A stretch of 64,000 bases of DNA. It comes from a virus (taxonomy: Duplodnaviria > Caudoviricetes). The stretch lies in IMG/VR virus record IMGVR_UViG_2565956686_000002, positions 1 through 64,000 of that record; one strand, given 5' to 3'. A program made the position numbers and the translations under genes. Under the pieces are notes generated by a model. That model did not search any database. It was not told the origin of the DNA and saw only the letters and a list, made by a program, of their open reading frames with translations. Shown here in pieces: positions 40,936 to 50,451 of this stretch; the first letter of the stretch is position 1; each line of letters begins with the position of its first letter.

Positions 40936-41043
40936 AAGTTCTAACCAAGTCAGAGATCGAATCATTGCGTCAAAACAAACGTGAAGCTCATGCAATTATG
41001 ATGCAACTTAACTAACAAAAAATTAAACTAATTCTTTCAAAAA

Positions 41044-41068
41044 AAGGCTACTTCGGTAGTCTTTTTTA
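41044..41068 (+). terminator. Intrinsic terminator
   Basis: GGCTAC-TTCG-GTAGTC plus T-run. Confidence 0.75.
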
Positions 41069-41110
41069 TTGGAACAAGAATAAAAATTAGTAGCTCTGAA
41101 GCAATAACCT
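41069..41110 (+). promoter_or_regulatory. Putative late promoter
   Basis: TTGGAAC-N29-TAACCT. Confidence 0.65.
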
Positions 41111-41134
41111 AAACATAAAGCTTTGGAGTCAGCC

Positions 41135-41500
41135 ATGTATCTTAATTATCAATCTGTGATTGTCGATATTTTCATTATTACTTCATTCATTTTGCACGTA
41201 TTTCTAGCATTTGGCAGCATTAAAACAATGTCTGGACCTTTATCAGCTTTGTTAAATAAGGGTGTTACGGATGTAATTTTTAAGAAAGTAAAACGATTGA
41301 TTTTTGGTTTGTCATTTCTCTGTTTTTGTCTTTCTTGTCTTGTTACTTGGCGAAGCTATGAATTGCTTTTATTCCTGAATGTGAATGGCTATGGACTTTA
41401 TATTCTTTTAAGCACTTTTTTACTCTATAGCTTTGCAATTTTAGCAGCATTCACTTTCTGTAAATTGTTGTTGATGACAGCACAAAGGTCAGGCTTATGA
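41135..41500 (+). CDS. Three-TM membrane protein
   Basis: Hydrophobicity; GGAG RBS. Confidence 0.65.
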   Translation: MYLNYQSVIVDIFIITSFILHVFLAFGSIKTMSGPLSALLNKGVTDVIFKKVKRLIFGLSFLCFCLSCLVTWRSYELLLFLNVNGYGLYILLSTFLLYSFAILAAFTFCKLLLMTAQRSGL

Positions 41501-41835
41501 TCGATTACAACAAAATCTTAGCAATGATTGCGCATTGGTTAGAGTCAGAGATCAATGGATATATTGGTTCAGATTATGGCCCAGACTTTAATAGCTTATT
41601 TTTAGCACCACTCAGCGCACCAGTCGCCAATACCTTTATTCAAAAAATGAAAAACGATATTCCAATCCTAAAACAGTTAAGCGCAGATCAATTTCAGATG
41701 TGGGCACAAGACGAAGGTTTTGAGACCAAAATTATCTATTTAAGAATTGGTCAACAGATCGTAATTAATTTAAATGAAGTGCGCGAGAAGCAATTAGCGC
41801 GAAATGGAGAAACCTTCGATGTTGACGCAAGCTGA
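41497..41835 (+). CDS. Baseplate wedge (gp25-like) candidate
   Basis: GYIGSDYG motif; precedes baseplate J-like gene. Confidence 0.5.
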   Translation: MIDYNKILAMIAHWLESEINGYIGSDYGPDFNSLFLAPLSAPVANTFIQKMKNDIPILKQLSADQFQMWAQDEGFETKIIYLRIGQQIVINLNEVREKQLARNGETFDVDAS

Positions 41836-43261
41836 TTTTGAAGCACGATTGATTGCCAATATAGATGATTTTGAAATACTGGAACGGTATAACGCACAAG
41901 ATCCAATCGTCCTAAAGTTCTTACGCTCTTTAGGTGCATATCTAGCATTATTCGGTCAAGAATTTGAAATCTCAGAACTTGAACCATTTGTAAAAACTCG
42001 TGATCGTTCAGTTATAGCGGATGCGACGAATAAGGGTATTCTACCTATTGGGATGCCAACACAGCATATTTTGGAGGTTATCAATCGATCAGCGAATAGT
42101 ATTACACTCAGCCAAGGACGATTAATTGAGGACAATAGTGGTGGGCGGTATTGGAGATTATTACAACCAGTCACAGTTCAAGCTGGGTCTACTGGGGAAG
42201 TAACAGTAGAACAAAGTGAATACAGAGAAGTGCAATACACCGTCGCAAATTCAGAGACTTTTCATCGTGTCGAACTAAAGTTGCAAGATGATCTGGCATT
42301 AGCTGGATTGACTGTTCGTGATAATACAAATCAGAACTATATTCAAAAAAAACGTTGGATGAATGTAGCACCTTTGGAATATGCATTTAATCTTACAACG
42401 GACAGCCTACGCCGTATATTTATTGAGTTTGGGGATGATGACAGAGCAGGTCGAACAGCTGCAGCAAACCAGACGTTTACTTTTGGTATTCTTGAGACCT
42501 ATGGTGACGTTGACGTTTCAAGGCTAAAAGATGCCTCCTTAGCTGAGGTTTTAACTTTAGATGAAACTAAAGTATCAGTACGTTTTAAACAAGGAGCTGT
42601 AGTTCGGCAAGGTGCAGACCCACTTAATATTTCACAGTTAAAAGTGCTTTCGACATATCCTGCACTCTATGATGAAAATGCAGTTTTCTTAGGTAATTTT
42701 GATTACTTAGTACGGCAAAAGTATATGGCCCGATGCCACTATATCGCCGTATGGAATGAGAACGAACAGAATCGATATTACGGTGTTACTTACCAAGATA
42801 TTAACCATTTACATATCGCCATAGTTGCAAAGAATAATTTAGAGCAAGCAAGCTTAGAGCAAGAAATCATTCAATATATTGGTCAACTTGATAGTCTTTA
42901 TAAAGAGAGAGTACGTGTTCATATCGTGGAAGAAAAACCATTTATTATCACTCTTAATGGCCGTTTAGCTTCTGTACATGACTTAGATGGAGTGAAAAGC
43001 CAGATTAAAGGGTTATTGATTGAACGCTATGGTCGGACGCAATTAAGATCAAATCGTTGGTTAATGAATGGCTTTAATACACAAGAAATTTCTACACAAC
43101 TCAGAAAAAATATTGTCGCCTTTCAAGATAACATTAGTGATTTCTCTGTAAATGTTCCAAAGATTTTGAATAAACCACATGAATGGGTCTTTGTTACTAA
43201 TGAGAGTATTACACTTAATATTGAGCGAACAGCAGAGACAGGTGAAGCATGGTTCCTGTAA
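41819..43261 (+). CDS. Baseplate J/BplA-like protein
   Basis: RDRSVIADATNKG, IEFGD..GR, GADPLNISQLK, AVFLGNF. Confidence 0.65.
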   Translation: MLTQADFEARLIANIDDFEILERYNAQDPIVLKFLRSLGAYLALFGQEFEISELEPFVKTRDRSVIADATNKGILPIGMPTQHILEVINRSANSITLSQGRLIEDNSGGRYWRLLQPVTVQAGSTGEVTVEQSEYREVQYTVANSETFHRVELKLQDDLALAGLTVRDNTNQNYIQKKRWMNVAPLEYAFNLTTDSLRRIFIEFGDDDRAGRTAAANQTFTFGILETYGDVDVSRLKDASLAEVLTLDETKVSVRFKQGAVVRQGADPLNISQLKVLSTYPALYDENAVFLGNFDYLVRQKYMARCHYIAVWNENEQNRYYGVTYQDINHLHIAIVAKNNLEQASLEQEIIQYIGQLDSLYKERVRVHIVEEKPFIITLNGRLASVHDLDGVKSQIKGLLIERYGRTQLRSNRWLMNGFNTQEISTQLRKNIVAFQDNISDFSVNVPKILNKPHEWVFVTNESITLNIERTAETGEAWFL

Positions 43262-43884
43262 GTTTTACTCGACCAATTGATGAGCAGCCAAACAACCACA
43301 CAGGCTTAGAAACAGCAATGTCAAAGGCTTTTAAACAGGTCTTTGCAGACGTTTATCAGCAAAGATTACAGGATGTTTTGGACTATGGAGCGCCACATTT
43401 AGGCAGTCGAACGGTTGTAGATCGTTTTACAAAAAAGGACGGATTAGTAGTTTTGCGCCGTCCAATTACTTCAGATACGTTAATGCAAGTGATTTATGCG
43501 AATTGGTCAAGTTTGGCAAGTGAGCGTGGATTAGGGTTCCTTGAATTTGTATTGAGAATGATCTGGACAGATAGATGGCAAATAAAAAGAATGTGGCATC
43601 CAATTAATTTAATTAATAGCTACCCGTTGTATTTAACTGATGAAGAAAAACCTGATCATTTTCTAACTAGCCGTATTCAAATATCAATTGATGATTCAAT
43701 AGAGCTTTCTGAAATTATTGAATTGTCACCAATTTTAAGAAGATTAGTACCAGCTAATATTGTAGTAAAAGTGATTGCAACAGGATTAGAAACAGACCTA
43801 GAAAGTCATACGGACCTAAGCATAGCTGTAATTGGCAAAAGCTATTTGATTTATGATGAAAGTGATGGGATAACACAAAATTAA
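43249..43884 (+). CDS. Baseplate wedge (I/PmgA-like) protein
   Basis: RGLGFLEFVL, LRRLVPANI; follows J-like gene. Confidence 0.55.
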   Translation: MVPVSFTRPIDEQPNNHTGLETAMSKAFKQVFADVYQQRLQDVLDYGAPHLGSRTVVDRFTKKDGLVVLRRPITSDTLMQVIYANWSSLASERGLGFLEFVLRMIWTDRWQIKRMWHPINLINSYPLYLTDEEKPDHFLTSRIQISIDDSIELSEIIELSPILRRLVPANIVVKVIATGLETDLESHTDLSIAVIGKSYLIYDESDGITQN

Positions 43885-43898
43885 TTGTCCATTAATAA

Positions 43899-43905
43899 TT
43901 GGAAC
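43899..43905 (+). promoter_or_regulatory. GGAAC box (downstream -10 atypical)
   Basis: TTGGAAC-tcaag-AAAAT in intergenic space. Confidence 0.5.
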
Positions 43906-43985
43906 TCAAGAAAATGAAGTTCACCTAACAATGTTTTTATGTATTTGTTTGATGAAACAACATAAACCATTGTTAGGATTTATAC

Positions 43986-44441
43986 ATGACTCAAGACAAT
44001 AATGAAGAAATTGCACTAACAACCGATGTGGGTAGTGATGGTGATCTTCTTGTGGAGCAATTCTTAGGGTTCGCAGATAAAGATATTGGCGACGAAGAAT
44101 TTGAAAAATTAATGGCTGGTCAAACGGTAGAAGGCGTAACAGCCTATAAACCAGCAACCTATTACAGAATTTCAGCCGATCCTAGCTCTACTGACTATAA
44201 CGAACCTTTTGATATTCATCTCCATTTCCAAGATGGTCCAACATTTGTTGATGGTATTAATGGCGCGACTAATGAATCGTTATTAAAGATCCTGATTCAT
44301 CGCACCCAATACCTAGACAGTAAATTCCCATCAGACCAGAACAAACAAGCTATTGCTGCTATGCAATCGGCTTTGGATGCATTTGATGCACGCACAGCAG
44401 AACGTCAAGCGCGTGGTGTTGAAGGGCAACCAGTCGAATAA
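43986..44441 (+). CDS. Tad1-like (Thoeris anti-defence) sponge protein
   Basis: HFQDGP..GINGATNESLLKILIHR..FPSDQNKQAI..SAL..RTAERQARGVEG. Confidence 0.7.
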   Translation: MTQDNNEEIALTTDVGSDGDLLVEQFLGFADKDIGDEEFEKLMAGQTVEGVTAYKPATYYRISADPSSTDYNEPFDIHLHFQDGPTFVDGINGATNESLLKILIHRTQYLDSKFPSDQNKQAIAAMQSALDAFDARTAERQARGVEGQPVE

Positions 44442-44454
44442 CCGTTTGAACTCA

Positions 44455-44486
44455 GCCCTTTGCAAATTTGCTTAGGGCTTTTTTTT
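44455..44486 (+). terminator. Intrinsic terminator
   Basis: GCCCT..GCAAATTTGC..AGGGC plus T9. Confidence 0.7.
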
Positions 44487-44504
44487 CTTACTGAGGATAT
44501 TGAA

Positions 44505-44702
44505 ATGCGTATGAGCAGAATAATGATAGCTAGTGCTATTGGAATGATGGCAAGTAGGATTGGTTCGGCAGTTGAAGCGACTCCTTTATTAGGAGGTTCT
44601 GTTTCTCCATTCATGTTTGAGACTAAAGCAGTCGGCAGCAAACCAAACAAAGTTAGTCAAAAGAAACGCCGTATGAATGCACGCCGTAAGGGGCATAAAT
44701 AA
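44505..44702 (+). CDS. Small basic protein
   Basis: GAGG RBS; SQKKRRMNARRKG. Confidence 0.6.
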   Translation: MRMSRIMIASAIGMMASRIGSAVEATPLLGGSVSPFMFETKAVGSKPNKVSQKKRRMNARRKGHK

Positions 44703-44714
44703 AGGGGTATAAGG

Positions 44715-44975
44715 ATGAGTTGGATAGTTTCATTTTTATTAGGTCTTGTATTTATAGCAACTTGTAGCATTTGGATCGTTGCCATTATTGCTTCATATCA
44801 AGTTCAAAATTATTTGGACATTGAAGAAATAGTAATTGATGAGGAAATAACCAAAGAGTTTAAACCTTTACTGGCAGAAGCACTTAAAAATATGGAGCCT
44901 GTGAAGATCCATCCTTTTACTGAACTGCCGAAGGTTAAAGCTTCTAATGAACTTCCTATTATTAAAGTTAGGTAA
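44715..44975 (+). CDS. Single-TM protein
   Basis: Hydrophobic N-terminus. Confidence 0.6.
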   Translation: MSWIVSFLLGLVFIATCSIWIVAIIASYQVQNYLDIEEIVIDEEITKEFKPLLAEALKNMEPVKIHPFTELPKVKASNELPIIKVR

Positions 44976-44990
44976 TAGAGGTAATTTTAA

Positions 44991-45284
44991 ATGAATCAAT
45001 ATCAATCTAAACAAATTACTGTACAAGCTATTAGCGTATTGAACGCACTTGAGTTGTCTAAAAATGATTGGAGTAAATTACCTGGATGGTTTAAAAAACA
45101 CTTCCAGCAAGGAAATATTCTAATAGGTGCTAAAGAGATATTGGTCAGTGCTAAAGGATTTAATCATTGGGCAAGAGTGGAACACGTAATTTTGAATCAT
45201 TGCAATAACTCATTGGAAGTTATTAAACAATCTGATTTTGATGAGAAATTTGATCTTTTAGGTGGTGAAGATAATGCTAACTAG
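44991..45284 (+). CDS. Small protein of the KPVVIEA..KPDIF phage family (possibly Acb4-like)
   Basis: YQSKQITVQAI..LPGWF..IKQSDFDEKF; divergent. Confidence 0.4.
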   Translation: MNQYQSKQITVQAISVLNALELSKNDWSKLPGWFKKHFQQGNILIGAKEILVSAKGFNHWARVEHVILNHCNNSLEVIKQSDFDEKFDLLGGEDNAN

Positions 45285-45504
45285 AATTTACTGTAGTAAA
45301 CACCAAACCTCGCAATATGTAGATTTAGCGGAAATTGATTCAATCGAAGTTTCAGACTCAGATTATGGCCGTGGTGGTTATACATATGGAAAAAGTGAAT
45401 ATTCCAGTGTAATGATTGGACTCAAAAGTGGTCATTCTTTAAATATGACAATTAAAACCGCAGATATTGAAAAGCTTTTAGTGTTGGAACACAACAAAAT
45501 TTAG
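45274..45504 (+). CDS. Hypothetical protein
   Basis: Coupled ORF. Confidence 0.55.
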   Translation: MLTRIYCSKHQTSQYVDLAEIDSIEVSDSDYGRGGYTYGKSEYSSVMIGLKSGHSLNMTIKTADIEKLLVLEHNKI

Positions 45505-45525
45505 CCTTAACCAGACTGCAAAAAT
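45484..45525 (+). promoter_or_regulatory. Putative late promoter
   Basis: TTGGAAC-N29-AAAAAT. Confidence 0.7.
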
Positions 45526-45557
45526 GGCCCTAATACATAATCTATTGGGGCTTTTTC

Positions 45558-46481
45558 ATGTCTGAAACGGGTCGAAAAACGAAAAGGATTACATACAATC
45601 TTCATGAACGTGGTCGCAGTCATTTGGGGAAGGACCGCAGCAATGTTGATATGAATGAAATGATCAGACAGATCAATAGTCCACAAGTACAAGAAATGGT
45701 TAAAACAGGGACTTTGTACGGCTATAACGGTCATGAAATTCGCAAACGTTATGGGATGAATCCGCCTGATTCAGTCATTATTGATGGCAAGGTGGTTTAT
45801 TTAGAACGCTCATTTAGAACAATCGAAGCTCATGCAGATAAAAACGGCAATGTTACTCATGTTACTGAGTTCTTAGATAACGAATCGGGTGAATATGCGC
45901 GGAAACAATATCTTGCGCGTGTAGGTGGATTTAGTTCGGCACAAAACTATAAGCGAGCTGGCTTAGGTTTAATCCCCGTGGGGTTTTATGGCTTTGATTA
46001 TGTGACACAGCCGAACTACACAACCAATGTTGGTGATGGTCAATTATTTGATGGCTTAGCCATTCCAGTTGAACAGGATGGATTAATTGCAGCGTTTGAT
46101 AGCACCACGGACGTTAATTTACTTTCGCCGTCAGAGGCAATGATTGCTCATTTACTAGAACAGCAAATTGTACGTGACTTTGACAATATCCACGCTCAAC
46201 TACAGCTTTTACAAATGAATGGTCAAGCACTAGACCAAATTGAGGAATTAGCTGATCAAATAGCACGTAAAGAGAAACGACAAGCGATTCAAGATCAACG
46301 GGAACAAGATTTATGTTCTGGCTTAGTTGGTGAAGTACGATCATTTGATTCTGTTTGCGCTGAAGCTGAAGAACGTCTTACAGCAAGTGATTTAGCACGT
46401 ATGCGAATCAGCGGTGAAACACCTAAAAACAACAAAGCAAGACCACGCATTTTTAAGAGTATGTTTGGATTTGGAGGGTAA
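45558..46481 (+). CDS. Prohead protease (P1 Pro-like)
   Basis: LYGYNGH (His), NGNVTHVTEFL, VGGFSSA (Ser), GFDYVTQPNY. Confidence 0.75.
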   Translation: MSETGRKTKRITYNLHERGRSHLGKDRSNVDMNEMIRQINSPQVQEMVKTGTLYGYNGHEIRKRYGMNPPDSVIIDGKVVYLERSFRTIEAHADKNGNVTHVTEFLDNESGEYARKQYLARVGGFSSAQNYKRAGLGLIPVGFYGFDYVTQPNYTTNVGDGQLFDGLAIPVEQDGLIAAFDSTTDVNLLSPSEAMIAHLLEQQIVRDFDNIHAQLQLLQMNGQALDQIEELADQIARKEKRQAIQDQREQDLCSGLVGEVRSFDSVCAEAEERLTASDLARMRISGETPKNNKARPRIFKSMFGFGG

Positions 46482-46487
46482 TCACTT

Positions 46488-47294
46488 ATGTCATTACCTA
46501 AAGACTCACTCAAATGTATTCAAGATGCTTGGTATAAGCTTTTAGTCGATTTTCGGGCATGGTATATGCCTGAAACCATTCAGACAGAAGAATGGAAAAA
46601 GCGAGATATTCGAACAGCAATCAAGAGTTGCCCGTCTCGAATGATGGATGACTCAGAAGCAATGCTTGCAGAATATCGCAAAAGCCAAAATGCAGAAGTT
46701 GTAGCTGGAGCAACGGCATTCATGCCTATTATGTTGACTGCTACAGCGATGTTAGATCAACCGCCTGATACGATGCAGCTTTTACCAATGCCTTATTTTG
46801 TGCCTGTAGTGATCGGCGATAAGCAAGTAAAAATCCGACTCATCGCCAAAACAGTTAGAGCACAACTAGCTTTCTACGCAACCAATGCACACGATGCGCG
46901 TTCTGTATGCGATCAATTTTGCACTTATGTACAAGATGAAGATAAACGCCGTTTCCAAGTGCCTTTTGATATGGGCATGAATCATATTGAAAAAAGCACA
47001 TTTACCATAGTTGAGAATCAATTGTTTCCTTCGCCTGTGCCTAGCGAAGCAATTAACCTGTCTATCTTCACGATTGATGCTCAATTAGTAGGCTATGCAC
47101 CACAAATTATAGGACTTGGTGGTCCTAACGATAATACGACGGACAACGGCTACAATCCGGACGGTTCAGTAGTTGATAAGCCAATTCAGGATCTAGTTGT
47201 CATTCAGGCTGATCAATTCTCAAGTGATGGCCATGCACGTGTTTTAGCAGATCGTGAAACTGGCGATATTACAGTGGAGCGTATCGATGACTGA
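46488..47294 (+). CDS. Tail completion/baseplate-associated protein (P1 gp24-like?)
   Basis: Position in late operon; weak recognition. Confidence 0.4.
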   Translation: MSLPKDSLKCIQDAWYKLLVDFRAWYMPETIQTEEWKKRDIRTAIKSCPSRMMDDSEAMLAEYRKSQNAEVVAGATAFMPIMLTATAMLDQPPDTMQLLPMPYFVPVVIGDKQVKIRLIAKTVRAQLAFYATNAHDARSVCDQFCTYVQDEDKRRFQVPFDMGMNHIEKSTFTIVENQLFPSPVPSEAINLSIFTIDAQLVGYAPQIIGLGGPNDNTTDNGYNPDGSVVDKPIQDLVVIQADQFSSDGHARVLADRETGDITVERIDD

Positions 47295-47796
47295 AATTAT
47301 TAAGATTGATGCGCGTGTAACTGGATTCTCTAATGATGAAATACGATTGATTAGTCTTTGTTTTGCAGATTCTGGTCAAATACTTGTCCAAAAAACAGAT
47401 ATTTTCACGGCTTTACCTTTACGTCCAGATCAACAAGCAGACACGATCGTAGTGACGGATTCACCGAATTTAATCCAAAATTGGCAATTAAAATTTGACG
47501 CACAGCAGCATTTAGAAGAAGTGATCAAGGTCTATCAGGCAAGCTTTAGAGCTGGTTTGGTTGAGTTTGAGAAGTCATTAGAACGTTATAACCCAATGAA
47601 TATTTTACAGGTGCGTAAGATTGATAAAAACGGACCACAGCAAGAGTTTGATAGTAGCTCACTAGATAACGGACATATTGCTGCACTGATTTCGATATGG
47701 GCAAGTCATAAAATCGCTATTTCTCATGCAGTCACATCAAAAGAGGAAGTTAAAGAAGAATACATCGATAGAACCATGTTGCCTTTTAGTATTTAA
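47287..47796 (+). CDS. Hypothetical late protein
   Basis: GGAG RBS; coupled. Confidence 0.65.
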   Translation: MTEIIKIDARVTGFSNDEIRLISLCFADSGQILVQKTDIFTALPLRPDQQADTIVVTDSPNLIQNWQLKFDAQQHLEEVIKVYQASFRAGLVEFEKSLERYNPMNILQVRKIDKNGPQQEFDSSSLDNGHIAALISIWASHKIAISHAVTSKEEVKEEYIDRTMLPFSI

Positions 47797-47831
47797 CAAG
47801 GCACTCATACCTTGTTAAATTGAAGCGTTTC

Positions 47832-48227
47832 TTAAGCTAGCTTTTTTTGTTCGATAATAGCATCTGGTCTTAATTCATCACACTTAACATCACCTAACGA
47901 GTCAAACTTGAAAGTTTTCTTAATGGTAACGATCCCAACATTTGTATCATTAGCATTGATATAGACTGGTGTACCATGTCGTGCAGTAGGCGTACTATCA
48001 TCATCTTTAGTTGTTAAAAATGGTACATAACAGGCTGCTTTAAAGTTATTTGGGTTTTTAACGATAACATTCCAATATCTATAACCATCATTCCAGCTAT
48101 TCATTCTCTCTATATCGATCAGTTTAACAACACTACCAGGTGCACCTCGGACTTCTGCTTGAGCAGCTGGACTAAAGAAAATTAAAGTAGATAACGCACC
48201 TAAAATTAATTGTTTAAAAAATCCCAT
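47832..48227 (-). CDS. Secreted moron protein
   Basis: Signal peptide AQA; AGGAG RBS; antisense to late genes. Confidence 0.7.
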   Translation of the reverse strand: MGFFKQLILGALSTLIFFSPAAQAEVRGAPGSVVKLIDIERMNSWNDGYRYWNVIVKNPNNFKAACYVPFLTTKDDDSTPTARHGTPVYINANDTNVGIVTIKKTFKFDSLGDVKCDELRPDAIIEQKKLA

Positions 48228-48323
48228 AATGTGTCTCCTAAAACTAACTCCAAATAAATATTATATGAGTTGAAGATAAAAATAATACTCCTCATATGAG
48301 GTTGTTTTAAATTTGACAAATAA

Positions 48324-48365
48324 TTGGAACAATTCAAAATAACAATAAATTTAGAAACTTAGAAT
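48324..48365 (+). promoter_or_regulatory. Putative late promoter
   Basis: TTGGAAC-N29-TAGAAT. Confidence 0.75.
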
Positions 48366-48395
48366 GAAAAATAAAATCCAATTTCATCTAGTTTA

Positions 48396-50384
48396 ATGGC
48401 CTTAAAACCGCTTAAAGACATCCCAGAATGGTGGGAACTCTGCGCACGTTATCGTTATGACATTTATGCCTTTGCAGTAGAGGCATTAGGTGTTACACCG
48501 ACATGGCAGCAAGAGTTACTTTTCGAATCAATCCAGTTTGATGGTAGTCGAACATCTGTAGCTTCAGGTCATGGTTGCTTTGGTAAAGGCACAAAAATAC
48601 GTTTAGCCAATGGAAAGTGGAAACGTGTTGAAGAAATAACAATAAATGATGCGGTTATGGGCACGGATGGCTTCTCACCACGGGAGGTCATTAAAGTTGT
48701 TCAGGGATACCAAGAGCTTTACCAGTTTGAATATGCCAATGGTTCAAAGCATATCTATAACAAATCTCACATTCTTTGTTTAGTTTCTCTTGAAACAAAA
48801 AACGGTTGGAAAGCTGGCGATACCATTGAAGTCCTGGTATCGAAATACCTTGAATGGCCTGAAGAAACCAAGCGCCAATTTGCTGCATATGAACTAAAAC
48901 ATAGAAAATTCCAGCCTGTAAAAATTAACAATGTCACAGCCTTGGGAGAGGGTGATTATTACGGCTTTGTCCTTGATGGTGATGCAACTTTTCTAACCGC
49001 GGATGGCATGGTTCACCATAACACGGGTAAAACTGCATCGGCTGGTATCGTTGCTTTATGGCATCTATTGTTCTTTGATGAATCCATTACGATGTTCACT
49101 GCTCCTCAAATCGGGCAGTTAAAAAAACAAGTCTGGAAAGAAATCAGTATAAACCTGTCACGTCTTAAGGCTGGCCCACTTGGTTGGCTTGCAGATTATG
49201 TCGGTTATCAGTCTGAATTGGTCTATATCAAAGGCTATAAAGAAAAGTGGTATGTCTTTGCCAAAACAGCACCTAAGCATCAGCCAACTAACTTGGCAGG
49301 GAACCATGCTGATAATTACTTGCTTTGGGGTGATGAGGCAAGTGGTATTCCTGATGAGGTTATGGATGTTGTCCTTGGCGCATTGACGCATGAGGATAAC
49401 AGAGCTGTTTTAACTTCACAGCCGACACGTAACGCAGGTTTATTCTATGAAACGCATCATAAATTAAGCCATAGAGCTGGTGGAATATGGATTGCTTTAA
49501 CGTTCAATGGTGAAGAATCACCACTTGTAAGTAAGCAATCATTAGGAGAACAACGACAAAAATACGGGAGCCGTGACGATCCACAATACCAAATCCGTGT
49601 TTTAGGACAATTCCCAGACCGTGCCGATGAATTCCTGATCACAAAACGACAAGCCGAAGAAATGTATGTCGGTGCATCGATTTTTGAGGAACACATTTTT
49701 GGATACGTGATTACGGTCGACGTGGGCGGTGGTGTTGGTCGAGATGATTCTGTTATTGCAGTGTCTAAAGTTTGGGGTGAGGCTCAATGGGGAGATAGAG
49801 CACGCCGTGTTGAGGTTGTAGATGTTCCACTCTGTAAGAACAAGGATGACATCACAGAGCTATTTGCCAAAATCAATGAATGTATTTTGAAATATCCGAA
49901 CGCAACCTTGGTTGTTGATGATAATGGCGCTGGTAAAGGTTTAGGGCAACTGCTTAAGAAGCATGGTATTTGGTACATGCCTGTTTATTGGGGCGGTGCT
50001 TGCTTCAATAATGACAATCGAAAAGAGTATGTGAACAAACGTGCATTGGCTTATGTTTGTCTGAAACGCGCGATTGAAACTGGTCGTTTCAAAGTCAAAA
50101 CTAAGAAATTCTTAGTGAAGGTTCAAGAGCAGATTATCAAGATACCTTACACTTTTGATGAGCACAGTCGTTACAAGATTCTAAGTAAAGATGAAATGAA
50201 ACGGAAAGGGATTAAATCGCCCGATCTTGGTGATGTTTTTGCATTCTTATTCTTAGAAAATGTGTTCTATACAGAAGCCTTTGAGAATGTCGTCATTGCA
50301 GATGATAGTCCTGAAGCACAGGAACGTGCAGAGCGTAAATCTAGGTTTGACAAGTTGAAAGAGGCAGCGAAGAACATTGATTGA
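48396..50384 (+). CDS. Terminase large subunit (PacB-like) with intein
   Basis: SGHG/TGKT Walker A, WGDEASG Walker B, VDVGGG nuclease motif, KSPDLGD. Confidence 0.92.
   Translation: MALKPLKDIPEWWELCARYRYDIYAFAVEALGVTPTWQQELLFESIQFDGSRTSVASGHGCFGKGTKIRLANGKWKRVEEITINDAVMGTDGFSPREVIKVVQGYQELYQFEYANGSKHIYNKSHILCLVSLETKNGWKAGDTIEVLVSKYLEWPEETKRQFAAYELKHRKFQPVKINNVTALGEGDYYGFVLDGDATFLTADGMVHHNTGKTASAGIVALWHLLFFDESITMFTAPQIGQLKKQVWKEISINLSRLKAGPLGWLADYVGYQSELVYIKGYKEKWYVFAKTAPKHQPTNLAGNHADNYLLWGDEASGIPDEVMDVVLGALTHEDNRAVLTSQPTRNAGLFYETHHKLSHRAGGIWIALTFNGEESPLVSKQSLGEQRQKYGSRDDPQYQIRVLGQFPDRADEFLITKRQAEEMYVGASIFEEHIFGYVITVDVGGGVGRDDSVIAVSKVWGEAQWGDRARRVEVVDVPLCKNKDDITELFAKINECILKYPNATLVVDDNGAGKGLGQLLKKHGIWYMPVYWGGACFNNDNRKEYVNKRALAYVCLKRAIETGRFKVKTKKFLVKVQEQIIKIPYTFDEHSRYKILSKDEMKRKGIKSPDLGDVFAFLFLENVFYTEAFENVVIADDSPEAQERAERKSRFDKLKEAAKNID
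48576..49022 (+). mobile_element. Mini-intein (149 aa)
   Basis: Starts CFGKGTKI, block B NKSHIL, block F YYGFVL, ends VHHN followed by Thr. Confidence 0.92.
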
Positions 50385-50426
50385 TTGGAACTGAATACCT
50401 AAGAAGCAATTCTAAAATACCAAAAT
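50385..50426 (+). promoter_or_regulatory. Putative late promoter
   Basis: TTGGAAC-N29-CAAAAT. Confidence 0.7.
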
Positions 50427-50451
50427 AGCTATAGTGATAAATAGGTGATCT

